From Camelus dromedarius (taxonomy: Eukaryota), in contig NC_087436.1 in the NCBI RefSeq assembly GCF_036321535.1, positions 75,828,001-75,892,000 of the forward strand: DNA of 64,000 nt, written 5' to 3'. The position numbers and the translations under genes are program-made. The notes under the pieces are model-generated. The model saw only the letters and a list, made by a program, of their open reading frames with translations, was not told where the DNA came from and searched no databases. Below are positions 24,982 through 38,190 of the stretch, piece after piece. Within the stretch, counting starts at the first letter, position 1. Each line of letters starts with the position of its first letter.

Positions 24982-26450
24982 CTTTTCTGAGCCATTTATA
25001 TCCTACTCCTTCACCCCTTAATGCTTAAGAGTGTATTTCCTAAGAACAAGAATATTTCTTGCATAACCACAGTGTAGTAATCAAATTCAAGAAATTTAAA
25101 ATAAATAGTTTTTCCAACCAATAGTCTACATTCTGGTTTTTGTCAATTGTCCCAATAATGTCTTTTACAGCATTTTTTCCACTTCCAATACAAGATCTGG
25201 TTCAGGATCACACACTGCAGTTTTGAATCTTTTTTGTGAGTGATTTTTCATGACTTTTGCCCATTTTCAATAGGATTTAAATGTTTTTTCAAATTTCAGA
25301 AATTTTTATTAGAGACATTAGTCCTTCATTTCTGATGTATACTGCAAAAACTTTCTTATAGTTTGCCGTTTGGTTTTTGACCCTGTTTTTGGCTTGTATT
25401 GCTTTTTTGTGAGGGGGAGGTAGAAAGATTTCTTCATTGATTTCTGCTTGGAGGAGGTACTGGGGATTGAACCCCTGACCTCATGGGTACTGAGCACACA
25501 CTCTATCACTTGAGCTATACCCTTCCCCCAACCCTGTTTATGGTATATTTCCGCCCATGCAACCATGCAAAAAAAGAAAAAGTGTTTTTTTTTTTAATGT
25601 AGTGAAACGTATTAATATTTTTGCATCTGGATTTTGAGCCATAGTTAGAAGCTTTTTCCGACACTGAAGTTAAAGGTAGAATTCATGTTTCCTTCCAGTA
25701 CTTGTACAGTTTCACTTTTTACATCTTGATCTCTGATTCATGTGGGGCCTGTTTTTATGTGAAATGTGAGGAATGAATCTAATTTCATCTTTTTTCCAAA
25801 TGGCTACCCAGTTGTTTCAACAGCACTTATTAAAAAAGGCCATCTTTGCCCCAGGGATTTGAGCTCCCACAGTTATCATATGTGACATTTCCATATGTAG
25901 TCGGGTCTATTTCTGGACTTCTAATTCTATTTCATTGGTCTGTTTGATTATGCATGTGCCTGTATCACATGGTTTTAATTACAGAGGCCTTGCAGTTTAT
26001 TTCAACAGCAGGCATGGTAGTCCTCCTTTGTAGCTCTTAATTTGCCATGTTTTCCTAAATATTCCAGAATGTTTATTTTTCCATATGAACTTTATTTCAA
26101 ATCAACTTGTCTAGCTCCAGAAAAAAAGTGTTGCTGTTTCTGTTGGGATAACATTAAGGTTGCAGAGTATATACAAAACTGGTATCTTGATGATTTTGAA
26201 ACTAGAATAAGAGATATATTTCCATTTGTTTCAGTCTTCTTTGATGTCTTTCAGGAATGTTTTACAGCTTTTTTTGTATGGATATTCAACATTTTTTGTA
26301 AAGTCTGTTCCTAAATATTCAATCTTTTTTCTGGTACCTCTGTAAATATGCATTAAGAAATTTGAGATTTAAGAGATTTAAATGTTACATGTTAATTTTA
26401 TATCCTACTGAATTACTTTATTGTTATTTAAGTTTTACAATTAATTATCT
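24981..26450 (-). mobile_element. Old L1 (L1MC/ME-type) fragments, interrupted by a SINE
   Basis: gtgtatttcctaagaacaag...ttgtcccaataatgtctttta; ccagttgtttcaacagcacttattaaa; gggtctatttctggacttcta. Confidence 0.75.
25393..25530 (-). mobile_element. tRNA-derived SINE of camelid vic-1 type
   Basis: The minus strand reads GGGGAAGGGTATAGCTCAAGTGATAGAG (A box)...GGTTCAATCCCCAGTACCTCC (B box)...TACCTCCCCC plus an A-rich tail. TSD ACCCTGTTTTTGG (25380-25392) / ACCCTGTTTATGG (25531-25543). Confidence 0.88.
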
Positions 26451-26454
26451 AGGG

Positions 26455-26990
26455 CAGCACTGTCCAATCAAAATTTATAGTAGTCATACATATAATTTTA
26501 CATTTTCTAGTAGCTAAATTAAAAATTGTTAAAAGAAATACGTGAAATAAATGTTAATATATGTTACTTATTATATCAAAAATATTATTTCAGCATATAA
26601 TCAATAGTAAAATTATTAAGATACTTGTTAAATTTTTATACAATGTCTTTAAAGCCCAGTGTGTATTTTATTTATAGAATATTTCAATTTGGATCTTAAA
26701 TTTTTATCAGAAACATTTTGTGAATTTAGATTTCATAAATTTTGACAGTTGGAAAAGTAAATTCACATATCTAAATTATTCAAAACATACTTAAAAGTTT
26801 TCTTGTCACTGAAATAAGTACCCCCAAAAAATCATTTTCTTTTAATATTTGCATCCACATTGACAAATCATGTTCCTTTTTAGATCTGATGTGACTTTCT
26901 AGTAAAAAAATTTACTAATTCTTATTTCAATTGAATATTACTAACAGCAAATTTGAAAAGATATTTTATAAATTGAAAATCAGCCTTGAA
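26455..26990. mobile_element. Charlie1-type hAT transposon fragment
   Basis: Starts cagcactgtccaatc and is collinear with the 3551-4130 element (tttagatttcataaa...cagttg...aaacatactta). Confidence 0.8.
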
Positions 26991-27029
26991 ATGAAGACTC
27001 TCCCAGGGGTAACTCTCAACCACGGTGGG

Positions 27030-27295
27030 ATAAGAACCTGGTTAAATACTCCAGCACATCATCATCTCATGTGGGCAATTCTGAGAGCCGTTTCTTATAC
27101 TTTGCTGGAGGTTATGTAAGACCTAACCTCAAGGTGACCTTGCTAATGCTCCCTTATGTCAGCTTTCCTTCCTTCCCCATCTCATTCCCTCCTATGCTTC
27201 ACTCTGTCTTCCTAGAATCATCTCTTTCAAAAACAGTTTGCACCTAAGTCCTTTCCTCTGGCTCTTTTTTCAAAGGAAATTCAAGAAAAGACAGA
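27030..27295 (+). mobile_element. ERVL LTR (LTR16-like) fragment
   Basis: gctttccttccttccccatctca...tcctagaatcatctc...ttgcacctaagtcctt...aagaca. Confidence 0.55.
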
Positions 27296-27489
27296 GACCT
27301 ACCAAGTTTGGAGCATGGGCATGGGTAAAAGGTGGAATGCTTGTAGAAAAGCAAATTAGAAATATCTGGTAAGTCCTTAAACTATTGTTCTGAATTTTGA
27401 TTGAAAAGCGAGACCTAGAAATATAGATTTAAATTTATTTGTTATTCAATTAAGAAAGGAGAAAGGCAATGGTAAAAGCTGTAGTCTGT

Positions 27490-27745
27490 ACTGTGACTGT
27501 GTAAGAGAATATTCTTCTCTCTAGACATATACAACTTATTCTTAAAGTTCAGAAAAATGTGTGTGTATGATGTACATATATGCATTTATATCTCCATATA
27601 GACATCTATGAATACATATATGTGTATATACATGAAAAGAGAGAGAGAAAGAATCTGTGTAAAGAGTATTATAGATGTTCCTTGTGCTATTCATGGAGCT
27701 TTTCTGTAATAAAATTGTTTCCAAATAAAAAGTTAAAAAAAATAC
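27490..27745 (+). mobile_element. L1MC/MD-like 3' end
   Basis: gtaagagaatattctt...gatgttccttgtgctattc...gtttccaaataaaagttaaaaaa. Confidence 0.7.
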
Positions 27746-29719
27746 TATTTTAGAGTTTCTTTTCAAAAACAGCAAACTTCAGTCATACAGCATCAGGGTT
27801 AATAGCCTTTTATCTGTTTACCACCTACTTATAAAAAAATTTCCTGAAATGCAGACAAGCTTATATTGTCAAAGGCTCTCCACATTTGGGTTCACTAAGG
27901 AAAAAGAGGAAACAGTCACTCGGAAGTGAGTATAAACAGTCACACTTTTCCCCAGTTGGAAACAAAAAGTAATGTTGGTTATTGCCTTTAAAAACTTGGC
28001 TGGCACTTCCCTTATCATGATGACCTGATTTGCAGAGGCACTGAGAAAATTCATTAGCAAATGGTAAAACAGCTGAGATGTTGGATTCAAAGGTCATGTG
28101 CTGATGTAATTTCTTCCCTGGGTTTCTTGGAAACGTTGGTCAGGAAATCTCTAGCTGAGTTAGTAAGTCAAGACAATACAGATATGATGGGGGGAAGGTC
28201 TGTTAATGGACAGAAGTACACTTCCCAGCAACTTGAGCAAATGCACGTGAGGCAGCTCTAAGTTGTCAAGGCTGAAGAACTTTACAACTGGGCAATATAC
28301 AATTTATTCACTTGCTGGAGTTCTACTCTTTGGGGGAGTTCACAACTGTCATCCCTTCTAACTGCTCATCTGCAGTTTCCCACAGTCTCCAATGGTACCT
28401 ACTAAGTCATCTTCCAGTCTAGGCTTGAGAGTGTTCAGCAGCAAGCAGCTCATGACACCTGAAATAGCACTATTTGTCAGTCTCCTTGTATAAACAACCA
28501 TGTTCCTGGCATTATTTTTAATAGTAATAAAAATTTTGGAAGAACTTAAATGTCAGTTCATAGAAAAACCTGTAACTCACTGAAATTCTAAGCATTATTA
28601 CAAAGGATATGTCTGACATATATACATATTTGGGAAAAAAGAAATCTACAAATATATCATTAAGCAAAGAAAAAAGTTGTAAAATAGTTTATGTAATATA
28701 CTGATTTTTGTACAGAAAAACCTGTAAACTTTATATCCATCTGCCTAAAAAAAAAGACCGGAAGCATAAATTTCAAACAATTCCAAACTGTTAACAGTGG
28801 TTTCCTGTGGGGAGGTTGATGGAAATAAGTTACTCCTAGTTCTTGTGTTGCATTGTGGGAACAGTTTCCCTTACATCTCTGACCTCTTGACCCTTATTCC
28901 TTATTCCACTTCTTGGAGGCTCTGGGTGATATGGAGGAATATGCATATTCTCTCCAACTCTTACTTCCAGGTGAGGAGTAGGTGTTAGAGAAACACCACT
29001 CCTGGGTGAAGGAGTAGATTGGTAGGTTTGAAGAAGTGAACAGGTGTGACTCAATCGCATTGTTTCTTTCCCTCTGTTTGGAATCAGACTCCAGCAGAAA
29101 CCACTCTTCTGCTCTTTCATTCCATACTGTAAGTTATGGGGATGGACCCTCCTAGGAGAGGAGACTGTGGTTGTGTAGGGTTCCCAAGGCCTCAGCGACT
29201 GTCCTAGAGTTTGGTATTACCAAGCCCACTGCTGCCTCCCTGCTACGCCACATCCTACGGTAGTTCTAGCAATAACAAAACTGACATCTTGGTGTCTGTA
29301 TGCCTGATTCTTAACTCTCATTGTTTCCAAACTGGAATGAGTAATACGTTTCATTCACTGGAAGGCCTCAAATGTAAAAACAATACTCTTTTTGTTTTTA
29401 TGCTTTTATACTGTCTGAATCTTCTGCAATAATGAACATGCTTTACATATAGACATATTGATACCTCTAGATATGGAGGAATAAGTTCATAAAGTCTATA
29501 CCCTCAGTTTTTACCTAATATTAAGATTCCCGTTTCCTTTTTGATTTGTATTGTCCTTCATACTTCAGTTCCTTAAAGCAACCATATTGCCTCCCAAGCT
29601 TAGGAGGAGTGCTTTACCTTGATTTATTCTCTACCTCCTTGGTCACTGAACAAGAGAACTAATTCTCTTGTTCCATACATACTTTTCCCCTTATAATATA
29701 AATCATCTAATTTGGCTTC

Positions 29720-30260
29720 TCTCAAGAATGTCCTTGCCTCTCTATTCCAGTAGAATTCCTATTCTGACTTGGGAAAAAGCTCTTCCTATTTTTCTAGGCC
29801 CCCAGGATAATTTTGCTTTGGTGACAGCCTAAGAATAGTCTCCCAAGCATTTATAGAATGTCTCCTTCATTTTCCATATCATGGTCTTCAAATATATAAA
29901 ATACTATGTCGCCTCAAATCTTTTTTTTTCCAGGCAAAATATTCCCACTTTTTTCAACTATCCATCACATGACATGGTTTTGATTCCCCCTAATGTCATT
30001 CTTCTCTGAATGGCCCCCAGTTTGTTGATAAATCTCCAAAAAGGTGTTAGTGGAATACAGTTCTCTGGGTGTGATCCGACCAGTGCTGAACAGAAAAGGG
30101 TCACAACCAACTTATTACCAGGATGACATACTCCTAACCCAGTGGTCAGAGTGGCAGGGTACTCTCACCATATATGCTCTAGTGGTGATCAGGTCATAGG
30201 ATCCACTCATGTTGGGCTTACTGTAATGTAGAACACATAAATTACTTTCATCCGTGCTAT
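29720..30260 (-). mobile_element. L3/CR1 LINE fragment
   Basis: ttttccaggcaaaatattcccactttttcaact...cttctctgaatggcccccagtttg...tgtgatccgaccagtgctgaacaga is typical of antisense CR1/L3 RT sequence. Confidence 0.7.
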
Positions 30261-31136
30261 TGGTAAAACAAATCCATTCCTCTTAACATAGAAACATTTC
30301 AACTCACTTCTATGCTGAATTATAAAAGCCCCCATGTTTCGTACAGTGATCATGTCTTCTCAACCAAATATCTTCTCCCCTTTAACTTTGCTCGCCCCTT
30401 GACACATGTGACTCTGATCTGAGTAACTTGAAGTTCCTCTTATAAATAAGAAAAATCCAATAGTCTCTTCTCAGGCCCAGTCCTGACCTCTCGCATGTTG
30501 ACATCGATGGCCAGTCCCTCTTTCCTGAGTTCCAGACACTACTGCCTTCCAACTCTCATGGCACTTTCAAGGTTCCCTTTGTGTTTTAGTTTCTCTCTAG
30601 GCTATCCCACCCACATTCAACTCTGTCATGATCCCGTTACTTCAGTGTCTCTTTAGAACAGTGGTTCCCAAGCCAGTTGTATATTGAAACCATCTGGGGA
30701 GTTTTTAAAACATATCTAAGTCCAAGCCCCATTCTAGACGAATTGAATCAGAATAGAGATAGACATGGATTTAAAAATCACCAGAGACGGTCCCTACCTT
30801 TTTGTCTAGCCTCATCTCTCACCTCTTACCTAGTGATCTAACTTTATTAAGTAGATTTCTTCAACACGAGCTGTCTTCTCCTTCTAGATTGTATAACATC
30901 AGTTTAAGTGTCACCTCCTCTGTGAAGCCTTCCCTAGGTCTACATCTACAAATTTACCCTATTTTTTCCTTACTGTCTAATTCCTTTGATTTGATAGAGA
31001 GACAGGGCTTAGGTTGACTCAAGCTGGTAAAGCCACAGATATGTCCAAATCAAGGGACCAAGGCAAGGAGGGCAGGGGTGGAAGTTAGGGTCTGCAGAAG
31101 GGGTGGGACTCATATCCCGTTCAAAACCTTCACACC

Positions 31137-31157
31137 CATGCGCATGTGCGTGCACAC

Positions 31158-31193
<36 letters not shown>
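31137..31193. repeat. Alternating purine-pyrimidine tract plus (CA)n microsatellite
   Basis: CATGCGCATGTGCGTGCACACA followed by about 17 AC units. Confidence 0.95.
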
Positions 31194-31194
<1 letters not shown>

Positions 31195-31639
31195 CACAAC
31201 CACTGAACAAAAGCTGGCTCTTCAAATACATCAGGTTGCAAAGAATGCATCTGGGGACAAGATAAAGGATGTAGGAGGATTGTTTTCCAATTAAAGAATC
31301 AAAAAAAGAAGGACGTAGTGGACTGGGGATGACAGTGAGAGAGGAGAGCTTGTTTTTTGGGAGGGGGCCTAGGGTGACTGGAATGAGAAGTTTGGGGCAG
31401 ACATAGGGGAGCTCATGGGATTTACACAGCTGGTGGGGTGAGAGGTGTATATTCTGGTCAACTGTCTGCAGCTTCTCATCACCAGTTTTTGATTCTGAAC
31501 TAGAAGCGATGTCAAGATCATTGGTCTGTTGTTTGTGGTCAACTTCTTTCTAGTTTTGAATATTTCTTGTTCTTCTGATTGTTTCAAAAGTTGCTGACTT
31601 GTGTTCTCACTCAAACTACCTTAGCATCTTGAAATAGAC

Positions 31640-32372
31640 AATAATATTGGTTGCCTGCCCCAACACCTGTTCCCCATTTACTCGTTAAATAACCTCTTTC
31701 CCACACAGCTATGTGCATTAAAGAAACATGATTCCATCCCCACCTCCTGATCATGATTAGTCAAAAGTTTAGAGCAATCTGTGTATGGCGTTCCCCAGGC
31801 TACTATTATTGGTTTGGGGTGTGTACCTAACCCAAAATCTGATTGATGAGAGGATAATGTTTCTCTTTTTCTGGACATATAGAAGAACATTTGTAGCCCA
31901 ATGACCGCTGACAGCCATCTTCCAACAAAGAAAAAACAAAGGGATAAAGCCACTCTTGAGGATGCAAAGAATCTAAATCTTTTTTTTTCTTAACTGAAGT
32001 ATAGTTGATTTACAATGTTGTGTTAGTTTCTGGTGTACAGCATAGTGATTCAGATATATATATATATATATTCCTTTTCATATTCTTTTCCATAATAGTT
32101 TATTATAAGCAATGGAATATAGTTCCTTGTGCTACACAGTAGGACCTTGTTGTTTCTCTGTTTTGTATATAGTAGTTTGTATCTGCTAATCCCAAACTCA
32201 TAATTTATCCTTTCCCCTGTAAATCTTTGATGACATCATCGAGACATTGAATCAGTCAAACTTGGATCCTGCCCTACTTCTGAAATCTTTGTTATATGAG
32301 AAAATAAATGCTATCAGTTAAGCCATTTCAAGTGAGGATTTCTGTTACAGTAGCCAAAAGCATCTTAACATC
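31640..32372 (+). mobile_element. Old MLT1 LTR split by an L1 insertion
   Basis: 3' end ttaagccatttcaagtgaggatttctgttacagtagccaaaagcatcttaac. Confidence 0.7.
31983..32219 (-). mobile_element. Young L1 3' end with 9-bp TSD
   Basis: TSD TAAATCTTT at 31974-31982 and 32220-32228. Body gaagtatagttgatttacaatgttgtgttagtttctggtgtacagcatagtgattcag. Confidence 0.9.
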
Positions 32373-35365
32373 CATCTGGATGTAATTTTAAAATATTAAA
32401 TGCCTTAAACTCACTGAAATCAGATGATTATCTCCTCAAAATTTCTCCAGCCTTCTTGACTCTTGGCCTTAGTTCTCTCTTTCCAATATTTGTTCTAGAA
32501 CTCTCCACTCAGATATCACTGTGATGCACCAGCTGGTGCTACCACTCAGCTCATAGACTTTCTAGAAAAGTGAGGGAGAACCAATGTTGTACTAAGGAAA
32601 TTTAACCCAAGGATTTGAAACAATAAATTTGATAATCAGATCTCATTTCTTGAATTAACCACAATTAACTGGACAGCTCAAACATGTTGACGGTATGTTA
32701 CTGTGAAACAATTAAGATATGAATCTTTGTCAAGAAAATTTCTTTCTCCTTGTTTTCACCCATCAGAAACCAAATGCATGATTAGTAAGGATTTGTTCAA
32801 GGCGTATAAAGCAGCAAAAATGATGAACTAGTAAGTGCATATATTGAAACTAAATGGCAAATACTGGCTCTTTCACCTTGAACTCTAACAGTAATATTTT
32901 GTTTCCTCTGTAAGATTCTTACTGCATGTAATGTAAATGAAAATCAAAATGTCTTAAAATGCAAGAGATCTATAAGTTCATTTGCAACACTTGTGAAAAG
33001 CTTTGAAATGTGGTCTTAAAAAATGCAGCTTTAAAAATTTCACCTATCAGCATTAATTTCAAATCTAGTCCAGCACAGATCAACACCTGATATAATTACT
33101 GCTTTATTTTTCTCAATGCAAATGAAAAAAAAAAAAAAAAAAAACGAGCTTCAGTCAAAACAAGCCAGATAGCCCAAAATTTGAGATTCTCATAATTTTT
33201 GGCAAGTTCTACTATAAAGTCTAAAAGTTTTGTTTGGACTTCTAGCACGACTGGGAGTATAGAAAGCTTTGCGTTGGTGCACAATGTTCTTGATTACCTT
33301 TTTGGCTAAAGCTAAGATTATCTTTTTCCTAATGAATATTAATACTTCCTATAAAGCAATCTGCTCTACCACCTGTTGTTGAAAATATCCTATTTTCTTT
33401 CACAGTTGCTGGATTACTCTGCTTATATTCTGATTTCACCCAGCTTCTGTGAGCCTTTCATTAGAAAGGAATCAATTCTGTAGCTAGATTAATAGAAAAT
33501 ATTTGTTTAAATTCTAAACAATGTGATCAGTAGTGATTGAAGGGAGAGCGAAGAGACCCAACAGTGGGAGGTAGAATGCGAAGTTTCTAAGCTACCAGCA
33601 GCCAAAAGCCAAATATATCCCAGGGTCACTCACTGACCTGTAAGACATAAATTGATCTTGGTTGTGTCACAGAGCACAGGCAGGTGCTTTTGGCCCCAAA
33701 CAGTTGCATTTCTGGCCTCTTCTGTTCGGGCAGCATCAGCTGCAAGGCCAGGGAACAAGGAAGCCTGTAGGGTTAAACTCTTTGCTGAAACTGACTTGAT
33801 CACCTGGTGAGGGAAGCAAGTCTTGTATTGGATTGAAGAAAACAATTGCTGTGGCACCACTTTTTATAAGCATAATACTCAAGAGAAAATACGTATTACA
33901 TTTTGAAAGATTGTTCTTGGGTTTTTAATCTTCATACTTTTCTTTGAGACTCATGCTTTCCATAAATATAATTGAGCAGCATAAGAACTTAAATAATATA
34001 AATATTAAATTAGAAATTCTTATTAGGAAGTGAAACGATGTGGCTAAATCTTTAGTTCTGGGGAAATATGTTTTGCTTTAGCTGAAAGAAAGATTTGTAC
34101 ACTTAGGAAAGGGATATAGGATAGACCCCACTTCAAAATTTGTATCAATTTCTAGGAGACACAGAAAAATGAAAACTCATGGCTAAGCCTACATAATTAT
34201 AAGTACTCATTTAATTACATGGATTCAGACAACAAAGTAAATTCCATGAAATCAATAAAAGCCTCTTTATTTTCCTTTCAATCACATAGGTGAGGTAAAT
34301 AGTTGATTAGTTGAGGATATTTTAAAATCCATAATATGGCCTTTTAAATAAACATCTGTTGTTACTTTATTTAATCACAAAAGTAATATATGCTTCTTAT
34401 GGAAAATATGAAGAAATCCAAAGTACAAAATAAAGTTATCCATAAAGCCATTGTTTAAATATAATTACCCTTTTTAAAACGGTTTGTCTTTTGGAATTTT
34501 CTATGCATAAATTATGCATATGTTTACAAAAAATTGGGCTAAAGTTGTGTGCATTATTTTGTCACTTGTTTCCCCCTCCTCAATATTATATGCAGTTTTC
34601 CTTTATTCAACTACATTTAATCTCTTATGATATATAAATTGTTGCCAATGTTTTATTATTATAAATACAACTACAAATAAATGTCTTTGCAAATAAATTT
34701 ATATATCTCCTTTCCACTATAATTAGGGAAATATTAGCACTAGAATTCAAAGATAAAAATTTAGCCTTTTAGAAACATTGAAATAAATTATACTCTCACA
34801 AATGGCGATAAGAAGGCTAGTTTGCCAATGCCCTAGCCAACACTGGGTGTTACCAACTACCTGTTTTCATATGTAGACAGAGAGTAGTCTAACAAGTGCA
34901 GGAGATATACAAGTATATATATTTCCTTCTAAATGGTCCAGAGATCTCCCCAGAGTTTCCCCTATGCTCAATTACGATATGAGTCAGAACCAAGTGTTCA
35001 AAAGCAGTGCAGAGGGGCTAAATTGACAAGAATTCAGCCACTACATCCATAACTTCCCTCATCTGACTCATTTGTTCCTGCACACTCATGCGCCTTAGCT
35101 CTGAGGCTGTCTTTGTTTCAAGTTGCTCAGTAAATTACAAAAGTCAGATCAGCAGCAAAAGAAGTGAGATGGAATGCAGTTCAGTGGAGGGCCCTTTTAT
35201 CCCTGCAGATTCAATGTTTCATTAAAGTTCATTTGTCTATTTATCCATGAGACTAAAAAGCTGTGATTTGTTCAATCTTTCATTACCCACAACAAAATAA
35301 GTATATTTAAAACAAGCAAAAACAAATCAGTTTCCTAAGGAAATTCCAAAGAAATTATACTATCA

Positions 35366-35584
35366 CAGGCATCAACAACATTTTCTATAAAGGACCAGAT
35401 AGTAAATATTTTAGGCGTTGCCTGCCATACGGTCTCTGGCACAATTAATCAACTCTGCCCTTGTAGTATGAAAACAAGAATGGGCGCTATGTACGCAGAC
35501 GAGCGTGGCTGTGCTCATAAAACTATTTACAAAAACAGGCCACTGGCTGGATTTGACCCTCAGCCTGTAGCCTGCCAATCCCTG
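35366..35584 (+). mobile_element. MER58A
   Basis: cagg...ttttctataaaggaccagatagtaaatattttagg...caactctgcccttgtag...tatttacaaaaacagg...ccctg. Confidence 0.88.
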
Positions 35585-36374
35585 CTCCATCTTACTGTTT
35601 GGTTGTAAAGAAAAAATTCACTGAAGAATGTTTGTATAATTATCTCCCTGAAAAGAAATCTTATTTACATGAAAAGAAATCATTGTTTACATTCAGATAT
35701 GATTTCTATTAGAGATCTATTAAGCGAGAGGGATCACATTTGAAGAAAGGGCCATTGGAGAGACGAGTCAAACAAAAGGGCTGACGGTGAGAGTCTCCCC
35801 TGGGAGCCTTCGGCCTCATCCAAATAAAATTTCACATTGAAAGTCTTCTAAAGTACTTAGAACTTGTAAATCTTCATAGATGGGAACAAAGATAGACCCC
35901 AAAGCAAAAATCAGAGCTCTGCTGGGCGAAAAGGCACAGCTCCACCAGCACCAGTGAGGAGCAGCCAGCATCATCTTGATCATGGAGTCATTAGTATTGG
36001 CAGGTTTGCTGCATCTTGTTGCTTATTTTGGTGCTTGTTTGGAGATAGTTCTCAAACATTAGCTAACATGGCTAGTAAGAGCACATAGCAAAGGAGTGAC
36101 GGAATGGATTGTAAGTGCTTGCAAGTGCTTGCAAGAGGCCTAGGATGACAAAGGAAATGCTCAAATGCAAAATCAGAACTAACATACAATTCTTCTACAA
36201 AAACACTTGATATGGATGTGCTAGATTGCATACCTTTTTATAGTACAGCATCACTTTGGCTTTATGAATAAAAGGACTTATGTATCAAAGCACTAACCCG
36301 TTCAAAAGTTTACAAGAGAGTTTGTTTTCTTTTCCTTCATAACACAAACCTTTCTGCCAGAGAGTTTTGGCCTA

Positions 36375-36876
36375 TGTTGCAGATTAATGATGGCCACAAT
36401 TCCTCTGATACTTTTACTGAGATCTGGGCTCCATGCTTTCTCAGATTCTCTGCCTAATAGAAGATAATGGAAGCGACCTTTCCCAGTTTCCAAGCCCAGG
36501 CCTTAGAAGTCCAATCATTTTCATTTTCTGTCTCTGCTAACACACTCAGAGCCCAGAATAGCTGAGAAAGAAGTCCAACTATCCTGTTGGCGAATAAGAT
36601 ATCCAATCACTCTGGGACCCAGAGAGGTCCCCAAACCACATGAAGAGGAACAGGGGCTCAGCTGAGCCCAGCCCTGAAGCCATCCTATCAGGGCCCCAGG
36701 CATGTAAGCAAAGCCATTGTGGATCTAACTACCAGTATGTTGAGGAAAAGAATCACCCAGCTAAACCCTTTCCAAAATCCTGACCCACAAAATTATGATA
36801 CATATTAAAAGTTTTGTTGTTTTAATCCACTAAATGTTGGTGTACCTTGTAATGTAGCAATAGGTAATTTGAATAG
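36375..36876 (+). mobile_element. MLT1 (H-like) LTR
   Basis: gatggccacaattc...aatcctgacccacaaaattatga...gttgttttaatccactaaatgttgg...gtagcaataggtaa. Confidence 0.8.
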
Positions 36877-37984
36877 CATATATGACTGACAAATAGCAAG
36901 TTATATTTACTTACATTCTAGCAATAAATTACTTTGGATTTCTACCTTTTATGTTCTGGTTACTTTCAATAAAATGCATATCCCCAGTTTTGTCACTCTG
37001 TGGGTGTCACCATCTGAAAGTTATATTTCATTTCCCAAACAATGAATTTCACCAAGAATTTTCTAAGATTGCTGTTGACACATGGTTACCAATTAAAAAA
37101 TTAGTTTTTAAAAATGTTAAAGCCTGCCACAGAACCAGTGTGAATTGGCACACAGATCTTAAAAATAAGCAATGAACCAAAGAGTTGAATTTCAAAATTA
37201 ATTTTCATGGCCAAACCCAACTTAATTACCATGTCCAGTGATTTCCAATCCTAGTTTTAAAATGTGCCAGGCATCATTAATAGATTCAAGCAATCACAAA
37301 ATTCTCTGTAATGTCTCAAAAAATCCTTTTCTTTCATTCACATTAGAATAAAAATGTAAAGCAGGAATTTGGGGAAGGGGTAAATGGTATGTTCTGTACA
37401 TAAATAAACTCAGAATGTAGAATATGTACCATAAGAATATGCAATACTTATTTATGTACTTTTTTGATATTCCCACATGGTATCCTTGTGTATGGAATTC
37501 TATAGCAACATTCTATTCTCTTAGGTAAAAAGCCAGGAAGTTTGTTGAATCGCTAAAACCACCTGACTTACGGCTCATGAGAACTACCAGTTAACTCATG
37601 GGAAAATATATATGTTTTCAATAGGATAAGAAAGGATAGTTTATGATGACAATTCTTTTCTATAGACATTACTTTCTAACAGCCTGGTGTGGTACAGTAT
37701 TTCTCAAAGAGGTATATAGGATTTTATTTCTCCTGATACTAACATGTGTTAATTGAATTAAAAAATTGACTTTGAAAATAAGTTTAGAGAAATTTAGAAA
37801 AGAAATTGTTTAACACATTTTCTTTCCAGAATTTTCTGGGCACCTTAAATGTTCTAAGTTCTATGAACTTCTAAGGGATCCCACAGTGTGCTGAATCAAA
37901 TAGTTGACTGGGGCATCCTTTTTGGAAAAGCATTTTGGGGAATGAGTGTGGACTGATACATACTTTGGCAGAGGGGAAAGATCT

Positions 37985-38190
37985 GCAACTTGGAGCCCAG
38001 AAGACTTGGTTATAATTCCCATCTTCCACTTTCTGGCTGAGCAAGTCATTTATCGACAATTAGTGTCAGTCTCATCTTATGTAAAATGAAGATAATTATA
38101 CATGCACTAACTGGTACTCCACAGAGCTCTTCTGAGAAATTAAAAAAGCGACCAATCCGATACCTGGCACACAGCAGGCCCTTGTGATCG
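37985..38190 (+). mobile_element. MIR SINE
   Basis: gagcaagtcattta...tcagtctcatcttatgtaaaatgaagataat...cctggcacacagcagg. Confidence 0.7.

Noticed and set aside
25455..25530. tRNA gene
   Set aside because: A and B boxes are present, but the SINE tail and TSD identify it as a tRNA-derived SINE.
36113..36135. Short direct repeats (aagtgcttgc x2; similar at ~61087-61124 and ~63372-63415)
   Set aside because: Ordinary 10-25 bp slippage duplications.
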